A DNA stretch of 64,000 nucleotides, from NCBI RefSeq assembly GCF_009914755.1, contig NC_060932.1. One strand, 5' to 3'. The notes under the pieces were generated by a model. That model made no database searches, was not told the origin of the DNA, and was given only the letters and a program-made list of their open reading frames with translations. Positions 1 through 13,019 of this stretch are shown piece after piece (positions within the stretch are counted from its first letter, which is position 1; each line of letters opens with the position of its first letter). The position numbers were made by a program, and so were the translations under genes. The DNA comes from the human T2T-CHM13v2.0 reference genome, Homo sapiens.

Positions 1-9
1 TGTGTCAAG

Positions 10-310
10 TTTAAGGAACAAAATGATGTCCAATGTGGCTGGAATTTATGGAGTGAGTGAGTGGTAAGATTTTTTGCTTGTGCAATCTGAAGCCATTGAG
101 AATTTTAAGCAAAGTCATAATACAATGGGATTTATGCCTTAAAATGCTCTTTCCCGCTGTGAGAAGGTAGACAGCATAGGGGAAAGAACAAAAGCAGTGA
201 GATAAGAGAGATGTATTGATAAAGTAATTAATGCTGGAGAGGAGGTAGCCTGGACTGGTGACAGTAAAGAAATTAAAATCCCAAGTAGATGATGTAGTGT
301 TTGCCACAAA
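10..310 (-). mobile_element. L2 LINE fragment (ancient)
   Basis: GAAGCCATTGAGAATTTTAAGCA...GATTTATGCCTTAAAATGCTCTTTCCCGCTGTGAGAAG resembles the reverse complement of the L2 3' region; boundaries approximate. Confidence 0.55.
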
Positions 311-1238
311 AGCAGTCATTGTGATTAATTATTGTTAACATTAGTATTTAATGTTTGTCTCACTCCATGCCCCAGAGAGTTTTAAGCTGACCTCATATCT
401 CTCGTGTTAAAAGGGGGCAAAAAGTGCTTCTGGAAGGAAGTTCTTTTCTTGGTCCGGGGGCTGTCAGTGACATGTCAAAGAGGTCAGAGATGCCATGAAA
501 GGAGCCTAAGCTAGTTCAGGAAAGCACCTGGAAGCCCCAGTGGTCCATCTTATGGCTCCTCATGCCTCTGGGCTTAGCCTAGAAGAAGAGCAGTGCTCTA
601 AAGAATGCATAGGCTCTAACTGGCCCAGAGAAGCTATGTGGGGCATGTCTTCTTTCAGGCTATTACTGTCCTTGTTGAGAATATGTATAATTGCCTATAA
701 ATAAACACCTTCCAGAACTGCTCTCATACAATAAATCACTTTAACCTCCACTATATCTTGCATCCTTTTGATTTTTTTAATGAAGGACTCCATTTTTAAA
801 CACTTATTTTATCCAGCTCAAAAATCACAGGGACAAAAATTACTTTCGACCTTGTTTTCCCTAGATTTGTCTGCAAATGATTGAGTCCCAGGATCCTCTA
901 GGTAATAGATTGCATTTTTCCTACCATATCTTTTATTATCCATCCATGATAACCACGTACTACTTTTACTTTTGTGCTTTTGTTCATATCCTCCTCTCTC
1001 TTTCTCTACCTGAAAAGAAAGATGGGAGAAAATAATAAATCTGCCTAACCAATGGGATTAACATTAGTGTCAGGTCGTTGCTTCTTTCCTTCAAGAACAT
1101 TTTAGCAACAGCGGACCAATGAACTCCTAGAGGGAATTCCTTGCAGCGATATTGGATGAGTCCCAAATATGCTTAGTTATTTGAATATTTCTATTAAAAT
1201 ATCAAAACACCATTCTTCTTGCAGTCTTCATTTCATGA

Positions 1239-1593
<355 letters not shown>

Positions 1594-2499
1594 GTGACAA
1601 GTTTTTTTTACTAGTGATTCCACAAGGGATTTAAAGTGGATTTATTTATTATTTTGTTACTATGCTTACTTAAGACAGAGAAGCAGCAAGGTGTAGGGAA
1701 AGAACAACAGATGGGGAGACAGAAAACCTCAGCTTTAGCTCTGACTGTGATTCAATAAACTGTGTGGTCTTGGACACAGAATTTACACTTTCTGTATTTC
1801 CTTTCTCATTTGAGAAGACTTAAATTTTACATCTAATCCTCCATGCGATGCCAACATTACAGGACACTAGGGTTTATCAACTGACTTCTTAGAGGACTGC
1901 TATCAAAAGCTCTGGATTTCTATGAAACATTAAAAACTCGTAACTATGGAGTTCTTCCCTTCACACCATAATAATAATAAAAAAAGCATTTTAAAGAAAA
2001 ACAAAGAGAAAGGCACATAGCCTCTATGCAAAACCAGTTATCAGGCAACTGGATTGAGATAGTTTGGGAAACGCCAGAGAGAACATTAGAGACACTTATG
2101 AATGACCCCAGAGAAGGCACTGTTGGACACTCTCTGGAGCCTGGAATGGATCCAGGCAGAGGTTACTGAGTGTCCACTTTCCTCCCACTTTCCTCTGGGG
2201 AAACTTAGGAGTTTTTCCAGCCTCTCTCAGCAGAGGCAGAAGGGAGATGAAGGGAAGAGAAGCTGGCATTCTAGAAGCCATCAAAAGACGAGCTAATATG
2301 CCAGATATTGGCTTTCAGCATCTTGGCTTCTTTCACTGCAGTCCTAAACTGGCCGACAGGGACATTCAGTGATTCTCTCAGGCTAGAAGGGCAGAGGAAG
2401 AGGCAGACCATGGTAATCAAAGCAGAAAGACAGCCCCTTGGCTTGTCGATGGGGTGCATCTGGCCATCTGGCATGGCCAGGCTCTCCTTTATGTTTGCT

Positions 2500-2660
2500 G
2501 TCATATTTCATCATCTCTGCAACTCTGTGAAGTAGATATTTCTGTACTATTTTTACAGATGAGATGGTGGCTCACAGTGGCTTGATACTTTACCCAACTT
2601 CATTCAACTGGGAAGTGTTTGAACTTGTGTCTGCCTAAATCCAAGCATGTGCTGCACTCT
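2500..2660 (-). mobile_element. MIR SINE fragment
   Basis: CAACTCTGTGAAGTAGAT...ATTTTTACAGATGAG MIR core. Confidence 0.6.
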
Positions 2661-2964
2661 CCGTAGAAGCACAACGCTTCTGGAGTTAGCATTTCACCCC
2701 AGAGATCACCTCCTTTTACTGCCCTTCTATGACTTTCAGCTGGAAATGGTTTGCCTTCCCTACCAAGACCCCCTTAAGACCTTTCTATAAACCCTCAATG
2801 GGCATCATTTACTTCTTTATTGGAAGTTTAAGATCTACAGGTTTTAATTTGGGCATACGGGGAGAGAGAACATAAAAATAAAGAGAGACAGAGAGAACAT
2901 GAGAAACATCCTAATGCCTCTGCTTTTGATCCAGTTGGGTTTCTGAGGCTTAATAATGGCAAGT

Positions 2965-3310
2965 GACCTTTGCTGTTATAATAAAATCCAAACCCCTTCC
3001 TGGGCCCTACAAGGCCCCCTGCGGTCTGGTTTCTGGCTGCCTCTGTGTCATAAACATTGACACAGCTTGTTCTTGCCCATTCTTCTCCAGACACAAGATC
3101 ATCATTCAGCGCCTCTAACATGCTGAGCTTGCTCCAATGGCAGAACCTTTACAATAGCTCCTCCATACCCTAAGTCCTCTTTGCTTTGTATTTCAACACC
3201 TGGGACTTTCCCCAGTCTTCTTATGTCCTCCCCACTCTGATCTTTATATGGCTTAGAACAGCTTCTTTTCCTTTAGATATCAGTGTCAACCCCCTCTGAA
3301 CACTTCAACA
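2965..3310 (+). mobile_element. L2 fragment
   Basis: AATAAAATCCAAACCCCTTCCTGGGCCCTACAAGGCCC matches the L2a 3' region. Confidence 0.6.
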
Positions 3311-3338
3311 ATAGCCAGTTCCAAGCATATCATCCAGG

Positions 3339-3527
3339 TTTCTTTCTCTCTTTCTCCCTTTCTCCCTCTCTCTCTTTCTCTTTCTTTCTCTTTCTTTCTT
3401 TCTCTTTCTTTCTTTTCTTTCTTTCTCTTTCTTCCTTTCTTTTTCTTTCTTTCTTTCTCTCCTCTTTCTTTCTTTCCCTCCCTCCCTCCTTTCCTTCCTT
3501 CCTTCTTTCCTTCCTTCCTTCTTTTTC
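3339..3527. repeat. Compound (TTTC)n/(TTCC)n polypyrimidine microsatellite at the Alu tail
   Basis: About 190 bp of only C/T, directly adjoining the Alu poly(T). Confidence 0.95.
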
Positions 3528-3816
3528 TTTTTTTTTTGAGACAGAGTCTCATTCTGTCACTCAGGTTGGAGTGCAGTGGTGTGATCTTGGCTTGCTGTAA
3601 CTTCCGCCTCCCAGATTCAAGCAATTCTCCTGCCTCAGCCTCCTGAGTAGCTGGGATTACAGGTGCTCACCACCATTCTCTAATTTTTGTATTTTTAGTA
3701 GAGATGGGGTTTCACCATGTTGGCCAGGCTCGTCTCAAATTCCTGACCTCAAGTGATCTGCCCTCCTCGGCCTCCCAAAGTACTGGGATTACAGGCGTGA
3801 GCCACCATCCCTGGCC
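3528..3816 (-). mobile_element. AluS (AluSx/Sz-like)
   Basis: Dimeric Alu, TTTGAGACAGAGTCTC...CCTCAAGTGATCTGCC...CCCTGGCC. Confidence 0.92.
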
Positions 3817-4132
3817 TTTTTTTTTCTTTCAAAACATGTATTACCGTCTAAAAATATATTTTTATGTTATTTATGTCTCATGGAACTACTGGGGGAAAAG
3901 AACACCGCAGATATCATCACTTTATTTTACAAGTGAGAAGACCTCAAGTTCAGAGAGCTTATGAGATCTCTCCAACGTTAAGACTCAAACCTAGTCCACT
4001 GAGTACAAAGTGCTTTCCACATTACCATATTGCCTGCCCTGGGGAAAGGTACACTCTTTGGGAGCTTACTTAAATTATTTGTTATTCCTTTTATGACTAT
4101 ATACTTTTGCTTCATTCTCCGCTCATAAATTA

Positions 4133-4164
4133 CATCTATATCTATATCTATATCTATATCTATC
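4133..4164. repeat. (TATATC)n microsatellite
   Basis: CATCTATATCTATATCTATATCTATATCTATC. Confidence 0.9.
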
Positions 4165-5401
4165 TGTCATCATGCCCTTCATAATATTTCAACGTAGAAA
4201 AATGAGATCAATGCTGAGTGTGTGAGCAAATGCATGCGCCTCCGTGGCTGAAAATCCTTCCTATTCACACCTTCCTATTAAGATCCCAGTGGACATTATG
4301 TTGGGTAGGAGTCATTATTATATACATCTCTGGGACCTAACACAGCAGTAGGCACAGAATAAATGGCCAACAAATGCTTATGGAATAAAGGTATGGTGGA
4401 CTGCATGTTGTCCTTATTACAAGTGATATTTCCCAAATTTCCTCTAAAGTCATTAAAAAAGAGCTTTTAAACTCAAGACATGTACCATAAAGTTCTTCCA
4501 AATTTAAGACTAGACTGAATGATGCCTGCTTCTCAGAGTAATGAGGACTGAGAGGTACCTCTATTTTTACGTTTCATGGCATGATGAGACAGAGGGGCAT
4601 ATGTTTCCAGACAAGACAAAAAGAGTCTCCAAAAGCCCTCCTGTAGGGCAGAATTAAAATACATGCAACATTATGGTCACACTAGGAGTCATAACACTAG
4701 CTGGTCATCAAGCATAAGAGAGAATGTGACCATCTCACACCAGTGATTTTGGGTAACATTTCAGAATTGAAGAGGATTCTGGATTGTACAAAATCTGTTT
4801 TATCCCTTGGGTTCAAGAATGGCTTGGATGGTGGTGTCTGTTTAGCTGAATACATAGGAGCCCTCTGGTGATTTCTGGAGGGGTGTGTAAAGATGCATAC
4901 AACGGATTCTGCTGTAGGAGAATGTGGGGTCTATGCATGGAGAGGACACGTGTGGATGGAGGATGTTGAAGGGCAGTGTGGTGTCTGTTTTCAGCTTTTG
5001 CTGTGGTTTGCTAACCTGGAATTGAAGTAGCAGAGCAAAGCTTGATGTGAGTAATATGTCTGTGTAATTGGGGAAAGATTATGGGTCAGATTCCATATGG
5101 CTTAGAAATTTCACTGACTCTAATTCCTAACTTCACGTCTCCTAGCTAAAAGATGCCAACAGATCAAAGATAATGAGGAAGAGTCATCTTTACAATCCCC
5201 TCCTGAATGTATGATTCCTGTTTGGCTTAGAGGAGTTCAGAGACCACAAAGTGTAGGAGTGTATAACTTGTCTAGATGTATTTTAAATCTCTTAGTAAGA
5301 ATCAGAGAATGTCAGAGCAAGGAAAACACTTAGAATGCACAGAACACTTCCACTTTTAAAATTTTTCATTGAGAAGGAGAGTTAGGCCCTGACCTCCTCT
5401 G

Positions 5402-5666
5402 AGTAATACTTTAGCCAGCAGCCACACGTGGCTAGTCTGAATTGAGATATGTCAAAAGTATAAAATACACATCAGATTTCAAATACTTAGTAAGAAAAAA
5501 GTTTGAAATATATTGTTAATAATTGTTAATTGATTATTAAAAGTAGCAATTTGGATATATTGGGCTAAAATAGAAACAATTTAAATTTGATTTTATCTTT
5601 TCCTTTTTACTTTTTAAATATGGCTACCAGAAAATTTTAAATTACACATGTGGCTTGCATTATATC
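5402..5666 (-). mobile_element. MER33 (hAT-Charlie DNA transposon)
   Basis: GTGGCTAGTCTGAATTGAGAT...AAAATACAC...AGAAAATTTTAAATTACACATGTGGCTTGCATTATAT is the reverse complement of MER33. Confidence 0.8.
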
Positions 5667-6389
5667 TTGGGCTGGCTCAGAAGAAAACAACTTGCCCGCA
5701 GCCATGGAACTAATCAAAGTTGAGACTAGAAACTAAGTATCTTGACTTGGTCTCTCTTTCCCCTTCCCTCTCCTCTTTCCTCCCTCTCTCCTTCTTCTTG
5801 GTCCTCTTCACACTTGGTTCATGGTAAATTCTCATCACCGTTACATGCTAGGCCTCTCCTGATTCTCCATCGATCTGTTCTTCCTCACAGCCCACTTCTG
5901 CCTCTGCCCTCAATATTGTTAATAGCAGTCAGTTTTCTAAGGTGGGCTGACTCTAGCCCTAGAAAAACAGCAAAATCTGCTCCTTAAATTTCAAGGCATG
6001 TTTGGGACTGTGGCAGTTTCAAAATTTTGGGTTCCTTCAAATCTGCACTTAAAAATATTTGTTCAATATTTATTCAGTGAAATAAAAGATAGATGACAAT
6101 TTTATTACTAAAATTATTTACTATTTGCTTTTGTTCCAAATAAGGGATTTATGACATACACATGAATGTGAAAAAAAGATGTCTTATTTGAAATGATATT
6201 TTATTTCACAGTGTTTACAGATTATAAACTTTTAATTTACTTAGGACTATAGGAAAGGCAAAGTACAACAAATTTCTGAAATCAAATGGGGAAGATAGTT
6301 TACGTTATAAAGCTTTTACAAAATAGTACTTGAAAATATTATAATTTTATTACTTTCAAGCATATAAAATTATTTCCACTTTTTAAAAA

Positions 6390-6690
6390 GCAGCTTTTTT
6401 TGAGATATGATTAACATACCACACAATTTATCCACTTAAAGTGTTCAATTGTTTTCAGCATATTTACAGATATCTGTAACCATTAAGACAGTCAATTTTA
6501 TAATATTTTCATCAACTCAAAAAGAGAACACGAATCTTTTATCTATCACCTGTCTATACCCATTCCTTCGCAGCCCTAAGGAACTATTCTTTTTTAAATT
6601 TTTATATTTTCAATGTTTGTGGGAACTTTTTATTGCCATAGATTTCCCCATTTTGGACTTTCATATAAATGGAATCATATAACATGGCAT
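6390..6690 (-). mobile_element. L1MB-type 3' UTR fragment
   Basis: CAGCTTTTTTTGAGATATGATT...ACCACACAATTTATCCACTTAAAGTG...TGGACTTTCATATAAATGGAATCATATAA. Confidence 0.75.
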
Positions 6691-7229
6691 TTCACGGTTT
6701 TTGTATCACTCAAGAGAAGATATTGGTTATTCATTCCTCTAAAGACAAATGCTGCATACAAATGGATTCTATTACAATAGCAATATTTCATGCATTAGTT
6801 GCTTTCAGCATTTCAACTGTAACAGTTAGCTCCAAGTAACTGTCATTCATATTGCTGCCTCTAGTGGCATAATTTAATTTTCAGTGCCGTGCTGCAAAAT
6901 TTCTAAACAGATATAATGAACAAAGCACCAGTAAGAAGTGTTCTTTTATTTTCTCTTTAGAACACCATTTTACTGGTGGAAGTGAAACTGATGTAATTTT
7001 CTCCAATCCTGTAAGTTCTGGATAAAAACTTGAGTTTACTGGCAGCTGTTCTATTTCAGTTCTGTTTTACTGACCTTGGAGACGGATGCTCCAATGACCA
7101 CCTCCTTATTCCACCTTAGTGTGTGCTAAGCTTTTGCTTTCTATGAACATGACTATCCTCCTTTCGAACTTTATACTCCTGTAGTTCCAAGCTTCTTCTT
7201 GTTTCCCAACACTCTTTGTTCTTTTATGT

Positions 7230-8500
7230 GTCAGGGAAATAAGAGTCATTAAGAAGTTTTAATCAATGAGGTGATATAGTCAGATTTGCATTTTTGAAAG
7301 ATGGCAGGCCATTTTGGAAGAGCAGGAGACCAGCTGGAAACCACAGAGAGGTCTGAGCACAAATAGCAGATGTAGGATGGAGAGACAGAAACCTTTTTAG
7401 CGGCAGAAATTGATAGTTGTTGCTGATTAAACACATGAGGGGCACTACGAGCATCAACGGTAACGACCAACATTTGGTAAATGGCGTCTTCCTTCGCTGT
7501 CATAAGGTTTGCAGGAGGAGAAAAACATTTGGGGTAGAAATTGTTTATTGGTTTAGCCTGAGTTTAATGGGCCTGAGTGACATCTGAGAAGTGTTGAGTT
7601 GGCAGTTGGGTATACACATCGTAACTCAGAAGAAAGATTTTGGTCAGACACATATTCACCAGTATTCAGCATATTGATGGTTGCAACCACCCAGGGAGAG
7701 TAGGGAGAGATTTCTGGGAAACATCCACTGGACTGATAAAAGAAAAACTTCAGCTGAATTAAATTTAAAGGAGTTTGACTGAGCAAGGAACAATTAGCAA
7801 ATTGGGCAGCCCCCACAATCACAGCCGATTCACAGAGACTCCAGCGCAGCCATGTAATGGAAGAAGATTTATAGACACAAAAAGCGAAATGAGGTACAGA
7901 AATCGGAAGTGAGGTACAGAACAACTGGATTGGTTACAGCTCCGCTTTTGCCGTATTTGAACACAGTTTGAACACTCAGCAGTGTATGAATGGTTGAAAT
8001 ACGGCTGCTGGGATTGGTCAAGACTTAGCTATTGTTGCAGGTGCATACTCCTACCTAAGTTAAGTTTTCAATCTTGTCTACCTATTAAGCTAGGCTGCAG
8101 GTCATCCACAAGGACTCAAATACTGAAGTACGGAATCCTTCTCAGGCCATATTTAGTTCGCTTTAACAGGACTGAGGTTTAAAAGATGAGCAGAATAATA
8201 GGAAATAATAAAAGAAACAGATGATTAGCCAGAGGTTTGGGGAAACCACTGAAAGAATGTGTTGTTGTGGAAGCCAAAGGAAAAAGTTACTTTAAGAAGG
8301 AGGCAGATGTTCATGTAAAGTAAGGTAAGGAATGAAAACGCCATTGGCTTTAGGTCTAGATTTTTGCTGAGCTTGCTTAGGGCAGTGTAAGTGGGAAGTG
8401 GGCTTGACATTAGATTTCGGTGAATTAAAAATTTCAGTGAGGTGAGGAAGTTGTGACAACGAGTATAAGCAAGGTGGCTACATAGGTTGTAGTTTGAAGA
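7230..8500 (-). mobile_element. L2 fragment interrupted by the MER57 LTR
   Basis: Purine-rich L2-like sequence on both sides of the LTR (GAGGTGATATAGTCAGATTTGCATTTTTGAAAGAT; TGTGGAAGCCAAAGGAAAAAG). Confidence 0.55.
7734..8168 (-). mobile_element. MER57A-type solo LTR (ERV1)
   Basis: 435 bp with TG...CA termini; - strand start TGTTAAAGCGAACTAAATATGGCCTGAGAAGG; 4-bp TSD GGAC at 7730-7733 and 8169-8172. Confidence 0.88.
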
Positions 8501-9466
8501 TGAAATGGAGTAAAATAAAATTATTTTTGAGTCGGCAGAAAATGCCCATAGCATCCTATACTGGCCTCTGTCATAGAATTTAACACGTTGAATTTGTGTC
8601 TATCTCCCTGTCATTTGCTCTTGAACTCCTTAAGGATAATAATTCTGTTTTTTCCATCTTAGAATCCCCAAGTCTCCTGACACATCATGAGCAGGCAATA
8701 TTTTATTGTTGTTGCTAATGGCTGTTTAATAAAAGGATGAATAAAAGGGAAATAGGTGCATTCTTATGCCTGGATAGGCTGCTCACTTCTTGGCACTGCA
8801 TTTAAAAGGAATAACTATCAAATAGCTATCAAATATCAAAAGAGATTGCTCAAGGTTTTCTTTGCTGTAACTTGACGTCTTTATCTGTTTTAATTTCTGT
8901 GTGCTTAGTGCTTAGACATGATGTCCAACACACAGCAGGTATTCTTAAAGGGATTTTCACTTGAAATAATAGTGATGTGACTGAATGGACAATGGATGCA
9001 GAGTATATGCTTAATCTGAAATAGACCTGGGGAAGAGAAGGTTCACGGGTTCACAGTTACTTTCTTGAAATATTTCAGGGCCTGTCAGTTACAATGAAGG
9101 ATAGGTATCTTTTCTATGACCCCAAGGAATAGGAGTAGAACAAAGAAAGGAAGTAAGCAAAATATGTCAGCAACTTAACAGAATTATTGTTCATGTCTGT
9201 GTATTCTGTTTACTTTATTTCAGCAAAATAATGATGCTTTTGTAATAAAATATTTATGTTATTTGTGTTCTACTGGCAGTAATATTCTAAAAAATTAAAA
9301 TATAAAATAGAGTTCTATTTGAAGTATATACAAGTTAAATATATTTTCAGAAAAAGTAAACTAAATGTAAACTAAAATGTAAATTATATTTCTAAAAGTG
9401 TAAATATTAACAAAATTAAAATTATTTTGCATTCATTTTCAAAAATTGTCTTACAAAGTATTTCTA

Positions 9467-9755
9467 ATTTTTGAGACAGAGTCTCATTCTTTTGCACAGG
9501 CTGGGTGTGCAGAGGTGGGATCATGGCTCACTGTAGCCTCTACCACCTGGGCTCAAGCAATTCTCATACCTCAGCCTCCAGAGTAGCTGGGACTACATGT
9601 ATGTGCCACCTCACCCAGCTAATATTTTAGTTTTTTATAGAGATGAGCATCTCACTATGTTGCTCAGGTGGTCTCAAGCTCTTGAACTCAAGCCATTCTC
9701 CCACCTTGGCCACCCAAAGTGCTGGGATTACAGGCATGAGCCACCATACCTGGCT
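9467..9755 (-). mobile_element. AluJ
   Basis: Diverged dimer with AluJ diagnostics GATCATGGCTCACTGTAGCCTC, GGGCTCAAGC, CTCACTATGTTGC. Confidence 0.9.
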
Positions 9756-10559
9756 TATATAATATTTAATATTGCTTATTAAAATAGAAATATGAAATAT
9801 CATTAAAATGAATTAATATGAAAATTTAAGTAAAATTCAAATATAATAATTTTATGTGTATAAATCTTATTAAATACATTTATAAAAATAACATATTCAC
9901 ATTTCTTCCATTCAATGATCACCAACTTGCCAATGTAAAGAATTGAGATAATACTAAACACGTTACACTTAAGCTTAAAAATATACAATTTTAAGAGTGA
10001 AGTGCATGGCTTAATATTGAAATGTTTCTCAGTTGATATGTGCAATTATTCTGAATAGTAGAGTACCTTCCAAACCACAAATTGTAATATAAAAAGATTC
10101 AAGAAAAATGGATGTTTGAGATTCCTGGAAATCTGGTGCTTTAATAATGCCAAAAAATTATTCATGAGAGGAAAAAATTCACAAGGTAGTAATTTTATCT
10201 TTTCTCTTTCCCAAATATTTTCACTTTTCAGGTCTTCTGTGCAAAGTTGTGTCCACCCCCAAAGTCTGAAGTGGCTCCATTCACAAACTTACATGGAATT
10301 TGGACTTGGCCATCTTTCCTTTCAAGAATATATGGTAAGTGACCTTGAGAAACACTTCTCTGAGGCCCGAACAATGTCTGTGAGCTAATGCTTTGGTTTA
10401 TGAGTTGTGCTGTGCCATTGTTGAATATAGGTTCCCAAGAGATAGGAGCACAAATGTGTTTTTATAAATTTACTCATATTGCATCTGTGGTATTCAGGAT
10501 CTTCTAAAACATAGGGTTCAGGGAAAGGCCACCTCTTGTGTCAGAGTCTAAAGGAGATA

Positions 10560-10870
10560 TGATGTGGATATGGCAGATCAGCACTCAACCTCCATTCCAA
10601 CCTCCTTCCATATACATTTATATTTGTAAAACTAGTAATCTAAAAATTACATTTCCCAGACTCCCTTACAAGTAGGGTTCTGGTTAAATTGAGTTTCTGC
10701 CAGCATTTGCACTCACATGAGATTTGGAAGGAGAAGTTGATCAGAAGCGATCTTTCTGCTGATATTGTTGTTGCAGCTGGCAAGCTCGGTCATGGAAACA
10801 CTGGGTTTTATGTAGCAACATTTCAGGCTCCAGTCTGGGGGTTGGCCTCTGAGTTTTTGCTAGTGCAGAA
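10560..10870 (-). mobile_element. LTR33-type (ERVL) LTR fragment
   Basis: AAAAATTACATTTCCCAGACTCCCTTACAAGTAGG...GCACTCACATGAGATTTGGAAGG. Confidence 0.55.
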
Positions 10871-11289
10871 CTGCCATGCATAAAGTAACTAGATGAGGTG
10901 TCATCCTTCTATCCCCAGGCCACAGGCAAGGTGGTTTCTTCCTGGAACCAACAGATGCTATGGCAGCTTCCCTATCTCCTTTTTGCCTTTGGCAGAGGTA
11001 GCAACTCTCCTGGAGAGCATTTGGTGATGCTGCCTTATGTCCTGAAAGGAAAGTGAGAGCAGAGGCTTGAGAAGGGAATAAAGTTCAGGTGCAGACAAAG
11101 AAGAGCAGAAGAGAGAGCCAACCTTCAGTGGGTGCTCACTTTCTGTGTCCTCTATCACATAATTGCATTTCAGACCTTATCTCATTTAATGTTTTTAACT
11201 CATTGTTTAAATAGGTGAATGATATAGTAATGCATCTTGCATGTATTAAGGTCCAATTATGAACAGGCCATGTTCAATTGCTTTCAAAA

Positions 11290-11410
11290 TTATCTTCTCA
11301 GTGAGTTCTCACAATAAAGCTTTGAACTATCGATCTTTATTTTACAAATGAGGAAATTAAAGCTCAGCAAAATTAACATCACATGGTCAATAAGTGGCAG
11401 AGGTGATTTG
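11290..11410 (-). mobile_element. MIR fragment
   Basis: TTTATTTTACAAATGAGGAAATTAAAGCTCAG...AAGTGGCAGAG. Confidence 0.6.
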
Positions 11411-11639
11411 GGGCCTTTTTATGATTACCTCGACTTCAAAACTCTGTTTCCTATCACATGAAGGATGGAGATGGAGCTAAATAATGTGGATGACTCAGTT
11501 AATTCTCTGGAGACTACCAGGATAACCCATATGACATTTTCTTCTGCAAATCTCCATTTGTCTTCTTAGCCTATAAAAAGTAGTAGTAGATCAACCTTTG
11601 TTAAAATAGGTTATTGATTTTATTTCTTGTTGTGAATTG

Positions 11640-12200
11640 ATATTTGTTGTGAAATTTATTTGAAATAATTTGGATAATACATGAAAGGATGAAAAAGAAC
11701 ATAAAAATTATCCAAATCCCACTATCTCCAAGTAACCACTGTGTACATTTTAGTAATCCATCTTTCTAGGTTTTATTTTTTCTATGTAAATGAATGCACA
11801 CAATTACACTTATACAGCTCACACTCTCTAATAATCTGCTCATTTTATTGCTTATAATGATTTCCTGTCATTACTTTTTTCCTAAATCTTCAGTCTGATA
11901 ACCAGCTAGTATTCCATTTAATTGATATGTCATAATTTATTTCACTGGTTTTATAGTTCTGAACCTTTGTTTTTCCATTGATTTTTGGCTGTCACATACA
12001 AAGCTGCATTGATCACACACATTGATGTTTCTTACGTGCTTAATAACCTTTTTAGGAATGGGATTTTAGGGTCAAAATACATTGTGGGAGTGGATGCATG
12101 TATATTATCATACTGCCTTCCAAAAGGATGTATCTCACATTCTCATCAATATTTTGTAAGAGCGGCCATCCCCACCCCTCCATTGCTACAATTATTTTTA
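11640..12200 (-). mobile_element. Old L1 (L1ME-type) fragment
   Basis: TAGTATTCCATT...CATAATTTATT...AGGAATGGGATTTTAGGGTCAAA...CTGCCTTCCAAAAGG. Confidence 0.55.
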
Positions 12201-13019
12201 AAAATTATTTTAAATTTTATTTTTAAAAAATTAGTTAAAATAAACCAAAAGTATGTATCACCTCAAATAGGAACTTATCCTTAATTCAATTAGAGCCATG
12301 TTAACATTGAGTTATGTGGGGGATAGGGAAACAGTTTGGTTTTTCTGTCACTTTCACCCAGTATCAATGGGACTTGGAAAATGATGCCACCTTGCTTATT
12401 CTTATCCTACAGTTAAAACTGCCTGTTAAGACTTGTCCCCTCCTCATACCCTGAGAGAAGTTTGATCTCTGCCATCAAGATGTGACAGCATGCTGTCTGG
12501 CTGTAATCTTTTTTATTGCCTCAGTATGGACTTCCTGGAATCTAGGCCTTTTAGGACACTGTGATAAATGTTTGATCAGTTTAAAAGAAGAGGCAGAAAA
12601 ATCCCTAAATATCTGAACTATGCCAGCAAATTCTCTGAAGTGGCTTTAGTGTACCTATTTTTAAAAATCAATTTTTGTACCTAGCACTTTGATGTTATTT
12701 TCCAAATTCCTTTTGCTATGATCAAAATCAATGTTGAGTGAAGTACTTTGCTGGGCTACAGGACTCTTCCATGAGGCCTTTGGCTGGCAATAAATAGGGT
12801 AGAGGGAAAGAAAAGTGTAGTTAGGGTCTAAAAGTTTGAAGGGAACCTGAATGTTACCTGACCCAATCTCTCTCCCAATCTTGGACCTGAGAACAAAAGA
12901 CTGCATTCTATTTCCTCTGGCAAAGAGTTCAGCATAATGCTTGTATTTATACCATGCAATTGCAAGCATCCTACTTGCATTATCTCACATGTTCTCATAT
13001 AATAATGGCCTGAAAAGAT

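Noticed and set aside
3283-3624. F/S/L-rich and K/R/E-rich ORFs (also 49477-49680)
   Set aside because: Translations of microsatellites.
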